From Poseidonia sp. (GTDB lineage: Archaea; Thermoplasmatota; Poseidoniia; Poseidoniales; Poseidoniaceae): a DNA stretch of 64,000 bases. The stretch's first letter is position 1, and each line of letters starts with the position of its first letter. Below, piece by piece: positions 36,081 through 46,100 of this stretch. The position numbers and the translations under genes were made by a program. The stretch spans positions 76,087 to 140,086 of the forward strand of contig JASLVM010000001.1 in assembly GCA_030741355.1 (NCBI GenBank), in the 5' to 3' direction. The notes under the pieces are model-generated. The model was not told where the DNA came from and searched no databases. It saw nothing but the letters and a program-made list of their open reading frames with translations.

Positions 36081-36123
36081 TTATTTTTTGGGAATTTTTT
36101 AGGACAAAAACCGCCCTTTATAT
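36081..36123 (+). promoter_or_regulatory. T-tracts (possible terminator of the ABC1 gene) followed by the crtI TATA box (TTTATAT 36117-36123)
   Basis: Locally AT-rich intergenic stretch; TATA about 25 nt upstream of ATG 36146. Confidence 0.55.
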
Positions 36124-36145
36124 GCTCAATGAACGACGAGGTTTC

Positions 36146-37759
36146 ATGGCAGGAAGCGCGCGTCCAACAGTAGCAATCATCGGTGCCGGCCCGGGCGGTC
36201 TCGCCTCGGCTCTCTTGCTCGCCAAGTCCGGTGTTGATGTCACGGTGTTCGAGCGTTCATCGGCGGTCGGAGGACGAAACAAGGTCTTTGACCGAGACGG
36301 GTTCAAATTTGACCTTGGCCCCACCTTTTTCCACTACCCGGAAGTCATTGAAGACATCTTCAAGGCCATTGGCATGGACGCTCACGAGGAGTTGAATCTC
36401 CACCGACTCGACATGAACTATCGCCTTATTTTCGGCCAAGGTGGCCAACTGGATTGCACCAGCGACCTTGACGAAATGACCGAGCGTATTCGTGGCCTGT
36501 CAGGCGACAGCAACGCCAACGCCTTCCGTCGCTACGTGGTTGACAACCGACTCAAACTGGAGAAATCAAAGGCCTGCCTCCAGGAGCCATGGTACGGGGC
36601 AACCGACCTTCTCTCCAAGCGAGCCATGCGAGTCGCCACTGTGCTTCGCCCCCAACGTTCGGTTGCTGGCGACCTGATGAAACTCTTCGACGATGACCGA
36701 CTCATGCTCGCCATGTCCTTCCAAACGAAGTACCTCGGCATGTCGCCCTTCAACTGCCCCAGCCTTTTCACCATGCTCGCTTTCCTCGAATACGAATACG
36801 GTATCTTCCACCCCATGGGTGGATTGGGAAGCGTCAGTGAGCGCATGGCCTCCATTGCCAGGGACTTGGGCGTCAACTTCCGCATGAACGAAGCCGTCGA
36901 GTCCGTGATCATGGACGGCAAGACCATCAAGGGCGTGCGCACCTCGCAAGGGGAATTCCACGCCGACAAGGTGGTCATGAACGCTGATTTCGCCAACGGC
37001 ATGACGCAATTGTTCCCCGACAAGGTTCGCAAGAAGTGGAGCAACAAGAAAATTGACAAGAAAAAGTACTCGTGTTCAACGTTCATGATGTATTTGGGCA
37101 TCGACAAAGTCTACGAAGACCTCCCCCACCACCAAATCTACGCTTCTGCCAACTACGAACAAAACCTCGAGGACATTGAGAAGAATCACAAATTGACTTG
37201 GGACGACCCGTCGGTCTATGTTCAGAACGCTTGTGTCGTTGACCCGAGCTTGGCTCCCGAAGGCTGCTCAACCGTTTACGCACTCGTCCCCGTGTCCCAT
37301 ATTCACGAAAACATTGACTGGGACAAGGAAAAAGACGCCTACCGGGACCGCATTCTTGACCAAATTGAAACCAAACTTGGCTACGAGAACCTCCGCGACC
37401 ACATCGTGACCGAGATGGTCATCACACCCGATGACTGGGGCGACCACTGTTATCGTGGTGCCGTGTTCAACCTCGCTCACGGCCTTGACCAAATGCTATG
37501 GCGCCGACCGAAGAACCAGTTCGATGAGATCAACAACCTCTACCTCGTCGGCGGCGGCACCCACCCCGGGAGCGGATTGCCCGTGATTTACGAGTCGGCT
37601 CGCATCAGCAGCAAACTCCTCCTTGACAGCCTCGGCATCATCCCCGATTGGAACGGCGTCGACACCTGGTTTGAGAGTCGTAAGCGTTCCAAGAAAGGTC
37701 GAGCGGCTCTTAACAAAACCTCAAAAGAACCGTCCAGCGGAACACCCACATCTGCATGA
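36146..37759 (+). CDS. crtI: Phytoene desaturase
   Basis: IIGAGPGGL, GGRN, FDLGPT, FQTKYLGMSP, HPMGG, NLYLVGGGTHPGSGLP. Confidence 0.92.
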   Translation: MAGSARPTVAIIGAGPGGLASALLLAKSGVDVTVFERSSAVGGRNKVFDRDGFKFDLGPTFFHYPEVIEDIFKAIGMDAHEELNLHRLDMNYRLIFGQGGQLDCTSDLDEMTERIRGLSGDSNANAFRRYVVDNRLKLEKSKACLQEPWYGATDLLSKRAMRVATVLRPQRSVAGDLMKLFDDDRLMLAMSFQTKYLGMSPFNCPSLFTMLAFLEYEYGIFHPMGGLGSVSERMASIARDLGVNFRMNEAVESVIMDGKTIKGVRTSQGEFHADKVVMNADFANGMTQLFPDKVRKKWSNKKIDKKKYSCSTFMMYLGIDKVYEDLPHHQIYASANYEQNLEDIEKNHKLTWDDPSVYVQNACVVDPSLAPEGCSTVYALVPVSHIHENIDWDKEKDAYRDRILDQIETKLGYENLRDHIVTEMVITPDDWGDHCYRGAVFNLAHGLDQMLWRRPKNQFDEINNLYLVGGGTHPGSGLPVIYESARISSKLLLDSLGIIPDWNGVDTWFESRKRSKKGRAALNKTSKEPSSGTPTSA

Positions 37760-37768
37760 GGGTTCACG

Positions 37769-38761
37769 ATGGGACAGCACACTCTTGAGCAGGCGTATGC
37801 GTATTGCGAAACGGTGTGTCGAAACGCCTCGACCACGTTCTATTCCTCCTTCAGCGCCCTTCAACCCGACAAACGCAGGGCGGTGCACGCCGTCTATGCC
37901 CTGTGCCGCTGGGTGGACGACATCGTTGACGGCGACGAAGAACCCACCATTCTCGAAACCCTCGAGTTGCGTCAAGCCACCGATGAGCGTCAACGCATCG
38001 TGGACGACATCCACGCAGGCACCTCGCCTTCGCTCACGCCCGACGAGCACCGACGACGCATGATGGCTCTTGTTGACATCCGTCTCAAACTGCATCAAGC
38101 AAGCGAACAAAGCATCTCCCAGAGCGACCATCCCATTTTCATCGCCCTGCAGGATGTTTTTCAGCGATACCCCATCAAACTCAACGACTTTGAAACCGTC
38201 ATCGAAGGAATGGAGGACGATTTGTACCCCGTAGCCAATCAAACGTGGGATGAATTGCGCTCATATTGCTACAAAGTCGCCTCTGCTGTTGGCCTCATTC
38301 TGATTGAAATCTATGGCTATGAAGACCGTGCTGCCCGCCTGCACGCCATCGACCTCGGCATCCAAATGCAACTCATCAACGTCCTGCGAGACATCAACGA
38401 AGACATGGAACGCGGACGAGTCTACCTTCCACTGGACATCCTTGACTCTCACAACATCACCACCGAAATGTTGCGTTCAGGAAACGTGGCCAACACGCTG
38501 GCATGGAAAGGCTTCATGGTGGAATACCTCGAAGTGATCAAGCGTCATCAATCCTCAGCCAATCAGCTGTTCGGCTACCTCGACGGCCGAGCCAGGGTAC
38601 AACCCGAGATCATGGCGGATGCGTACACCTCCATTCTCAGCGAAATTGTCCGCCGTTCGGGCGATGTGTTTTCCCACCCCGTGCGCCTGTCAAAGGTGCG
38701 CAAAGTCATGTTGGGCGTACGCTTGAGTTTGCGTAAACTCCGAGCCCGCATCTTCGCATGA
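37769..38761 (+). CDS. crtB: Phytoene synthase
   Basis: TFY, AVYALCRWVDDIVD, YCYKVASAVG, LG..MQLINVLRDINED..RGRVYLP. Confidence 0.93.
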   Translation: MGQHTLEQAYAYCETVCRNASTTFYSSFSALQPDKRRAVHAVYALCRWVDDIVDGDEEPTILETLELRQATDERQRIVDDIHAGTSPSLTPDEHRRRMMALVDIRLKLHQASEQSISQSDHPIFIALQDVFQRYPIKLNDFETVIEGMEDDLYPVANQTWDELRSYCYKVASAVGLILIEIYGYEDRAARLHAIDLGIQMQLINVLRDINEDMERGRVYLPLDILDSHNITTEMLRSGNVANTLAWKGFMVEYLEVIKRHQSSANQLFGYLDGRARVQPEIMADAYTSILSEIVRRSGDVFSHPVRLSKVRKVMLGVRLSLRKLRARIFA

Positions 38762-38768
38762 AGCCACA

Positions 38769-40247
38769 TCATTCCATGATGGGCGTCATCAAACCGAAGT
38801 CCTCGTAGAGACTTGGCCCCGCGGCCAAGTAATACACCGCACCGCGACCGTCTCTGGAATTTTCAGCCGTGGCGTTTTCGTTGGTTGCACATTCTCCCGT
38901 GCAGCCGTCGGCAAAGGCGACATAAACACGACCTTCTCGGTCAATGTGCAAATCGTTGAAGTCAAGCAGGTTTCGGTTGGAGCCGCCGATATCACGGCAG
39001 TCCCCTGAGTTCAAGCAAATCGAGCCCCGTTGAACCGGGTCATCGGTGACTCGATAGGTGTGGAAGATGGGCTCAGGGTCCAGAGCGTTGAGGCTGTAGG
39101 TGATGTAAAGATGGTAGCTGGCGTTGTTGGGAGCGTAGTGTGCGTTCCCGTCCCACGGGTTGCCGTCAATGTCGGACTGATTGAGCATCTCACCGTTTTC
39201 GCTGCCGAGGTAGGTGATGGCGATTCGTCCCGGGTCCCCCGCATCGGTTTGAGGAAACACCGATGAAATGACGCCGGCCGGAGAAATGCGGATGCTCTCC
39301 TGCTCCCATGTTTCACCTGAGTCGGTTGAGCGAGACATGTAAACGCCTTCATCAGCGCCCGTCCAGACGTGATAGGCGTTTGAGGCGGTGTCAGCGGATA
39401 CCTCCGAATTCTTTCGGGGATTTGGCGTGTTAACGTCCTCGCCCATGGTGCGCTCAAACCATGAGAAACCGTTGTCTTTGGAGACGATGACGGTTGGCGT
39501 AGCAACACGAGGCGTGACGTAAACCGTCCCGTCCGGCGCCGTCGAAATGGCACCGTGCAAACCCCCGTTGGTGGTCGCCAAACCGATGATTTGGCCACCG
39601 GTCTCAAAGGTAGCACCGCCATCGAAACTGGTGAAGCAGAAGATACCGGCCAACTTGTTGTAGCAATAATACACGGCGGTTTCGTAGAAACTACCCGTGA
39701 ATTGGCCCAGCGCCCCGTAGCCGCTGTCGGTCCACGGGCCACTGGCGAGTTTGATGTGGTCGTTGAGAGGGGTTGTACCCGAATCGTGGGGGTTGCCCAA
39801 CCATGTCTCGCCATCGTCGTCACTCCAGCAAATCCAGGAGGTTTCCAGGCCGATCATTTGGACGCCGAACACACGGTCCGTGATGGGGTCAACCCAACCG
39901 TACGGGTCGCTGGTGGTGGGGGAACACATGACGGGGTCTTGGGTTTCCTCCCATGCGGCACCGCCGTCACACGAGCGCATCACTTTCTCCATGGCGATGA
40001 AGAAAATGCAACCGCTGGAGGTGATGCCGATGCTGGGCTCTTTGCCCGTTTCACCAACGTCGCTGAACTGGAAGGTCATCTCCACCGGGGGCATGTCGAC
40101 CGGTTCTCCATAGCGGTCGGTGACAAAGATTCGGGGGGAGACCTGTTCTTCTTCGACCGTTGGAGGAGTCACGGTTTCTTCACCGAAACATCCTGAGAGC
40201 GAGAGGGTGATGACCATCAAAGAGAGGAAGAGTGCGCGCCCTTGCAT
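38769..40247 (-). CDS. BNR/Asp-box (sialidase-like) beta-propeller lipoprotein
   Basis: Lipobox LSGC; repeated S.D.G.[TS]W (SCDGGAAW, SDDDGETW, SKDNGFSW, STDSGETW). Confidence 0.85.
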   Translation of the reverse strand: MQGRALFLSLMVITLSLSGCFGEETVTPPTVEEEQVSPRIFVTDRYGEPVDMPPVEMTFQFSDVGETGKEPSIGITSSGCIFFIAMEKVMRSCDGGAAWEETQDPVMCSPTTSDPYGWVDPITDRVFGVQMIGLETSWICWSDDDGETWLGNPHDSGTTPLNDHIKLASGPWTDSGYGALGQFTGSFYETAVYYCYNKLAGIFCFTSFDGGATFETGGQIIGLATTNGGLHGAISTAPDGTVYVTPRVATPTVIVSKDNGFSWFERTMGEDVNTPNPRKNSEVSADTASNAYHVWTGADEGVYMSRSTDSGETWEQESIRISPAGVISSVFPQTDAGDPGRIAITYLGSENGEMLNQSDIDGNPWDGNAHYAPNNASYHLYITYSLNALDPEPIFHTYRVTDDPVQRGSICLNSGDCRDIGGSNRNLLDFNDLHIDREGRVYVAFADGCTGECATNENATAENSRDGRGAVYYLAAGPSLYEDFGLMTPIME

Positions 40248-40294
40248 GATGCGGCGACCCTTCACCCACTAATGACCTTACGCTCACCGCATCT

Positions 40295-41560
40295 TCACGC
40301 TTCGTACAGCGAGTTGTAGATGGCTTCGTAGGCTTCGGCATTGTGCTCGTAAGTGAACCGGTCCAGCACCCGCTGTCGCCCTTTCTGCATCTGTGAGGTG
40401 CGTTCTTGAGGGTGGTCAAGGCAGTGGTTGACGGCCCGCGCCAAATCTTCGTGGTCGCCGCAGGCAAACAATCCACCCACTTCCTCGTCAATCATTTCCG
40501 TCAAGGGAGCTTGGTCGACCGTGACCACCGGCGTCCCGCTCGCCAAAGCCTCAAGCGGAATCAAGCCTTGTCCTTCGTAATAGGAGGGGTAAATCACGAG
40601 GTCAGCCGACCGGAAATGGAGGGCGAGTTGCTCGAAACTCATCCCGGGTTGAATGTGAACAGCGTGGGCGATGCCCAGACGCTTGGCCTGTTTCATCAAC
40701 GTCTTTCGCATGTGCCCGCGACCGATGATGACCAATCGAGCACCCGGGTGTTGCTTGAGAATGGAGGGCATGGAACGCAAAAGGGTTCGATGACCTTTCC
40801 GAGCCACGAGACGCCCGACGGCCAGGAGAAGTGGGGTTTTCGTGTCCGGCTGCCCCGTCAAGGCGGCTTCATCTGCGGCATCGTAGGACTTGCGAAGCGC
40901 TTCGTAGGCGAGTTGTTCCTCCTCGTGGTCGTGGTTCATGGGCCGGAACACCTTGTGGTCAACACCGTAGAGCACGGTTTCACAGACCCAATCCTCTGGC
41001 GGTTGATACCATTGCTCAAACTCTCTCCGTGTCGACTCGGAAATGGCCACGGAGACACTGGAATGTTCCACGCCTGCTTGCTCGTATTTCGCATAATAGC
41101 CTCCGGTCAGAAGAATGGCCAGGTCGTTCGGGTTCTTCCACGTCGCCGCTTCGTTATGACGGGCGGCCAATTTCATTCCCTCACGCTCTCCAATCCAACT
41201 GCCGTTGAGGGCTGAGACCACCGGGGCGATGTGCTCTTCCACCCAGAGGTATTCTTTGGCGGTCCAACTGACCAAGGGCAGAAGGGTGTGGACCACGTCC
41301 ACCGGTTTGACCTGATGAAGACGGCGGAGTTCGGTCAGGGCGTGCTTCCCGTAGGAGCGAGTGAAGGCCATCGGCGCCTTGAGCCAAGGCACCTGCAACA
41401 CGCTGACACCGGGTTGTTGCGGCGTGGGCTGTTGATGGGTGCGCGTGATGACGGTAACGTCATGCCCTCGCTGAGCGAGATGACCTGCCAAATGGTAGAC
41501 CACCGAGCCAATACCGCCCCAACGAGGAGGATACTCGCCCGAGACCATGGCGATGTGCAT
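40295..41560 (-). CDS. Glycosyltransferase family 4
   Basis: EYPPRWGG, VGRLVARKG, PSYYEGQGLIPLEALASGTPVV. Confidence 0.92.
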   Translation of the reverse strand: MHIAMVSGEYPPRWGGIGSVVYHLAGHLAQRGHDVTVITRTHQQPTPQQPGVSVLQVPWLKAPMAFTRSYGKHALTELRRLHQVKPVDVVHTLLPLVSWTAKEYLWVEEHIAPVVSALNGSWIGEREGMKLAARHNEAATWKNPNDLAILLTGGYYAKYEQAGVEHSSVSVAISESTRREFEQWYQPPEDWVCETVLYGVDHKVFRPMNHDHEEEQLAYEALRKSYDAADEAALTGQPDTKTPLLLAVGRLVARKGHRTLLRSMPSILKQHPGARLVIIGRGHMRKTLMKQAKRLGIAHAVHIQPGMSFEQLALHFRSADLVIYPSYYEGQGLIPLEALASGTPVVTVDQAPLTEMIDEEVGGLFACGDHEDLARAVNHCLDHPQERTSQMQKGRQRVLDRFTYEHNAEAYEAIYNSLYEA

Positions 41561-41665
41561 GCAAACAACCACACGGAACCTGCATTTGAATGTCATTGAA
41601 ACCGGTGAGGCGATATGCACGCTTCCAGCCAAACCTTTGAAGGTCAATCCTCGGGTGGGGACATC

Positions 41666-42439
41666 ATGGGCGATGTGCTTCCGGTGTCCGTCACCGTGAT
41701 TTTGCCAACCCGAAACGAAGAGGAAGCCTTAGGCCCAACCATTGACGCCATCCCCCGTGGATGGTGCGAGGACCTCGAAATCATGATCGTTGACGGCAAC
41801 TCCTCCGACCGGACTCGAGAAATCGCTCTGGAAAAGGACATTCGTGTTCACTTGGAGCCCCGCAAGGGCTACGGCCGAGCCTATCGAACGGGCTTTGATG
41901 TGGCCAAAAACGACATCATCGTCACGATGGATGCGGATTGCACTTACCCCGCTGAACTGGTTCCTGAATTGGTCAAGCGCCTCCTTGACGACGACTTGGA
42001 CTTCATCACCTGCGACCGACTCTCTCTCGCAGAAGACGGTTCGATGTCTGGCCTGCACGGCTTTGGGAACTGGGTGCTTTCGTTCACGGCTCGCATGCTG
42101 TTCTGGTACGGCATCAAAGACTCCCAAACCGGAATGTGGGTGTTCAGAAAATCCATCTTTGAAAACGAGAAAATGCGACCCACCAACGACGGTATGCCGT
42201 TGAGTGAAGAGGTCAAAATCCTCGCTCGCCGCCACCTTGGCAAAAAGAAGGCCATTGAAATCTCCGTCCCCTACCGCCCTCGTGTCGGTGAAGCAGAAAT
42301 TCATACTTGGGGCGACGGGTGGAAGAACCTAAAATTCCTCTTCCTTCGTCGATTTGGCCTCCACCGAACGCGAACCGAGTGGGGTGGATTGGAAACCAAT
42401 CCTGATTCGACCAAGAACAACCTCCCCGAACAAGCGTGA
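41666..42439 (+). CDS. Glycosyltransferase family 2 (polyprenol-phosphate glycosyltransferase-like)
   Basis: ILPTRNEE, VDGNSSD.T, KGYG.A, MDADCTY, DSQTG, VPYRPR.GE. Confidence 0.9.
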   Translation: MGDVLPVSVTVILPTRNEEEALGPTIDAIPRGWCEDLEIMIVDGNSSDRTREIALEKDIRVHLEPRKGYGRAYRTGFDVAKNDIIVTMDADCTYPAELVPELVKRLLDDDLDFITCDRLSLAEDGSMSGLHGFGNWVLSFTARMLFWYGIKDSQTGMWVFRKSIFENEKMRPTNDGMPLSEEVKILARRHLGKKKAIEISVPYRPRVGEAEIHTWGDGWKNLKFLFLRRFGLHRTRTEWGGLETNPDSTKNNLPEQA

Positions 42440-43086
42440 GGGAATCCCTCATGGAATTCTGGCACAACCGTTGGGTTACCGAACAAATCGGTTGGCATCG
42501 TTCAGAGGTCAACGAGATGTTGGTCAAGCACTGGTCATGCCTCAATCTTGCTCCAGACGCAGAAGTGCTCGTACCGTTGTGTGGGAAGTCTCTCGATATG
42601 GTATGGCTCGCCGAACAAGGCCACAAGGTGGTTGGTCTCGAGTTGGTTGAGCGGGCCGTTGAGTCGTTCTTTCTTGAACGCAACATGCAACCTGAAAAAG
42701 TAACTAAAGGCCAACATGTGCGGTACAAAAGCCCCCCGTTTACCGTGATGCAAGGCGATTTATTTGCGCTCAAGACGAACACGTTCCGGGCCGATGCGTG
42801 GTACGATAGGGCAGCGATGATCGCTCTCCCTGATGCTTCGCGAGCAGCCTACGTTGACCAACTTCGTCAGCAAACCAAAGCCGGTGCGGTTGGATTGCTC
42901 ATCACGTATGCCTACCCTCAACACGAAATGGACGGGCCACCGTTCGCTCTTCACGACGACGATGTCCGACGGTTTTACGCCGAAGGATTTGACCTTGAAC
43001 AACTTGAACAGGTCGAACTTGAAGATGAACGGGGACGGGGCCTCTCAAGCATCACGTTGAGCGTGTTCAAAATCACTCGAACTTGA
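42436..43086 (+). CDS. Thiopurine S-methyltransferase family protein
   Basis: FW..RW...IGWH, VLVPLCGKSLDM.WLA, YDRAA.IALP, GPPF. Start may be ATG 42451. Confidence 0.92.
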   Translation: MRESLMEFWHNRWVTEQIGWHRSEVNEMLVKHWSCLNLAPDAEVLVPLCGKSLDMVWLAEQGHKVVGLELVERAVESFFLERNMQPEKVTKGQHVRYKSPPFTVMQGDLFALKTNTFRADAWYDRAAMIALPDASRAAYVDQLRQQTKAGAVGLLITYAYPQHEMDGPPFALHDDDVRRFYAEGFDLEQLEQVELEDERGRGLSSITLSVFKITRT

Positions 43087-43113
43087 GTGCTCTTTGAGAA
43101 ACTGGCTTGCTGG

Positions 43114-46100
43114 TCAATCAAGGTCGAGGTCCAACTCGAGTTCTTCTTGAACTTCTTGCGTGCCATCCATGGCGTTTCCTTCAACAGAAGGCACGTCTTT
43201 GGGACCGTTTTCAGAAGCAGCACTTGGGGCTCTGAAGGCGTCCCATGAAGTCAACAATTCAAGTTCCTCGTTGGCTCGACGACGTCGGGAAACGAGGTAG
43301 GCCACAAAGCCAGCAAGACTGACGAAACCCAAAGCGGAGGTCGCCAGGAGGAGGCCACGGGCATCGCTTTCCGGGGCTTCAACAATGAGGTTTCTCGACA
43401 TGAAGTCAATGTTGGCGCTCTCGCCGACACCGTCCTTTGCAGTGATTTTCAGCAGGGGTCGGCCCGTGGTTTCGGGTCGCCATTCAATGAGGCCTTCCCA
43501 GACGCCATCGCCATCATCATCGCTCAGGTTGGCTTCCCATTCTTGGAGACCAAAGGTGATTTTCACTCGGACATCGTCCGTCGTACCGTCAGGGTCGCTG
43601 AGCCCAACCCGGACCGTCAGCCTGTTGACTTCATCTTGAGTGAAGGTCTCTGAGCTGAGCACCAAGGAATTCCTGTCAAGGGAGGGAAGACTGGACTGGA
43701 TGGTGATGTTGACGTGCTGTTCTACCGAATTCCCTCGGGCATCTTCGACGTAGAGTGAAAGGTGGTATTCACCAGGCAACAATCCCGTCAACTCCTCCAT
43801 GGACCGTGTAGAGAGGACTTCGGGTTCGCTCAACTCGTCGCTCCAGCGCCGCCACTCCCTGACCGTGAGGTCGTTGTCAGCGTCGTAGGAGGCTTCCTCG
43901 AGCAACACCGCACCGCCGGGCTCGATGGATTGCCGGTTTTCTGGCGAAATCATCACGAGAACGGGACCGGATTCAACGACGGTCAGCGAGAAGGTCTCGT
44001 CTCGTGTTGCCCCGGTGGTGTCGGTCAACGTGGCCGTCATGATATGCTCACCTGCGCCTAAGGAGAAGGCATGCTGTCCCTCCGGGTCAACGTCCACCAG
44101 AAGCGGTTCACTTTCTTCGGATGAACGCAGTGTGATGGTGAAGTTGTCCCCGTCGTAATCCACGCTTTCAGAGGCATCAAACATGAACGTCGTGGATGAA
44201 GGGTGGACCGTACCCGCCTGCGGACTGACCAACCCGAGCACGGGTGCTGACTCGGTCACGGTGACCGTCATCGAGACTTCTACGGGGTCGTGAATACCGT
44301 CATCGACACTCAGCGTGATGAGGTGATTGCCGGCCGTCAAGCGTTCTTCGAACAGGAGCCAATCCTCGCCTTCAGGCGTCAACCGGCCGTCAAGATTGCT
44401 CGTCCAAGTGACCACGAGGAATTCCGAACCGGTGGCCGGCTCGAACGGCGCACAAATCCATGTCCCGTCGGTGGGGAACGTGGAACAGGATGCATCGTAA
44501 TCGCCCGAACCGTTGGCCGAGAAGGAAATCAATTCTGAACTGTCGAACGTTTGGGCCAGCGGTGAAGCGATGATCGCCACCGGCTCGGCGTTGTCAACCG
44601 TGAGCAGAAGAGAGGTGGATTTGCTCTGGTTGGCGTGTTCGGCACGATCGTCGGTGACCTCCATCGTGATGGTGTGAACGCCACGAGAGAGGTAACCTTC
44701 CCAAACCAAGCCGTCGGTGGAAAGCACACCGTCGAGCGAGGAGGTGAACATCACGCTGAGCGCGTCACCTTCGGGATCAACCGTGGTCGAACCGTCAAGG
44801 GTCACCATGGCCGCACTGCTGTCGTCGGAGCGGTCAACGGTGAAGATGGGGTCGGGAATTTCGTTGTACAGCATCACAGGGACGGTGTACGATGCGTTGT
44901 TGCCTACGGCATCAAAAGCGAGCACGGTCAATGTAGCGGAGGTTGGAGGCTCTTCAGTGGTGTAGTCAAAGGTGTACGTGAGTTCATTTGGACACACCCA
45001 CTGGTTATCCCAACCCGCACCCTCCCCGTTGAAATCAATGACGCATGCGAAATCGTCACCTTCGGGGTCGTAGGTTCCGGTGGTGTTGATGGTGAGGGTG
45101 CCCGTTTGCGGCATGATAAGTTCGCTCCATGGGTTGAGAGAAGGTTCGAAATCAACCGCCAACACCGGTGCGAAATTGACCAGTTCAATCGTCCGAGTTT
45201 CTGCAACGCAATGGCCGAAGTCGCAGACCTGCAGGGTGATTTCGTGAATGCCGTCTGAGAGTTGGCAGTACGGCGGCACCTGTGTAAAGGGTTCGCCGTT
45301 GGCGAGGAACGGGGCCCCGTTCGAGGGGTGGTCATTGCCGTGGAAAACACCGGCACAATTCGCAACGATGTCGTCATCCAGTGAACTGCGCCACTTGAAA
45401 TCCATGCTGTCGTTGTCGAGGTCCCATGTATCGCTGGCGTTGAAGAACACCTCGGCCCCCGACGGGAAGACGGCCCCGTCCTCAGGAGTTGACCAGAAAA
45501 TGAACGGCGCTTGGTTCGCCAAAGGTAGGTGGCAATAGACGACGCGGTCTTGGTCAAGGGTGGTGGAGGTTGAGTTGGAGACGCCAAAGTACCCACAATC
45601 GATGTTGGCGACGTTGTACGAACTGCCGCCGGTGGACGTCCATCGTTGACCGATGAAATCAGGAAGGAACAACTGCCCGATCATGCTTGCAGGATCGGTA
45701 AGGGCCGGTTCAAAAGCGTCGTACGTGACGTTCACATAAGCAGCAGGAATACCGTTCGAGAAGTTGTTCACAACCCAGACCGTCAAGTCCCAAGCAACAT
45801 CAATCTGGGCGCCGGAAGCGATCACGGCCGATGCATAAGCAACATCGACAGGTCGGTGCAAGTGCAGCGTCGAGGAAGCGTCGAGGTCCAACATGGTCGG
45901 ATTCCCTGACGCTCCACGGTCATCGGTTAACACCGACCAGTTCACTTGGCTGTTCGTGAAGGTGATCCCACCCGTGCAGTCGGTTGAGATACGGTTGCTG
46001 TGGCCTCCGAGCGAAGCGTGACCGTCGAACACCGCACAGTCGGTTCCCGAAAAGACAGAATTGTTGAGAGAGGAAGCGAACTGACCGTTGTTGTCGCCTC

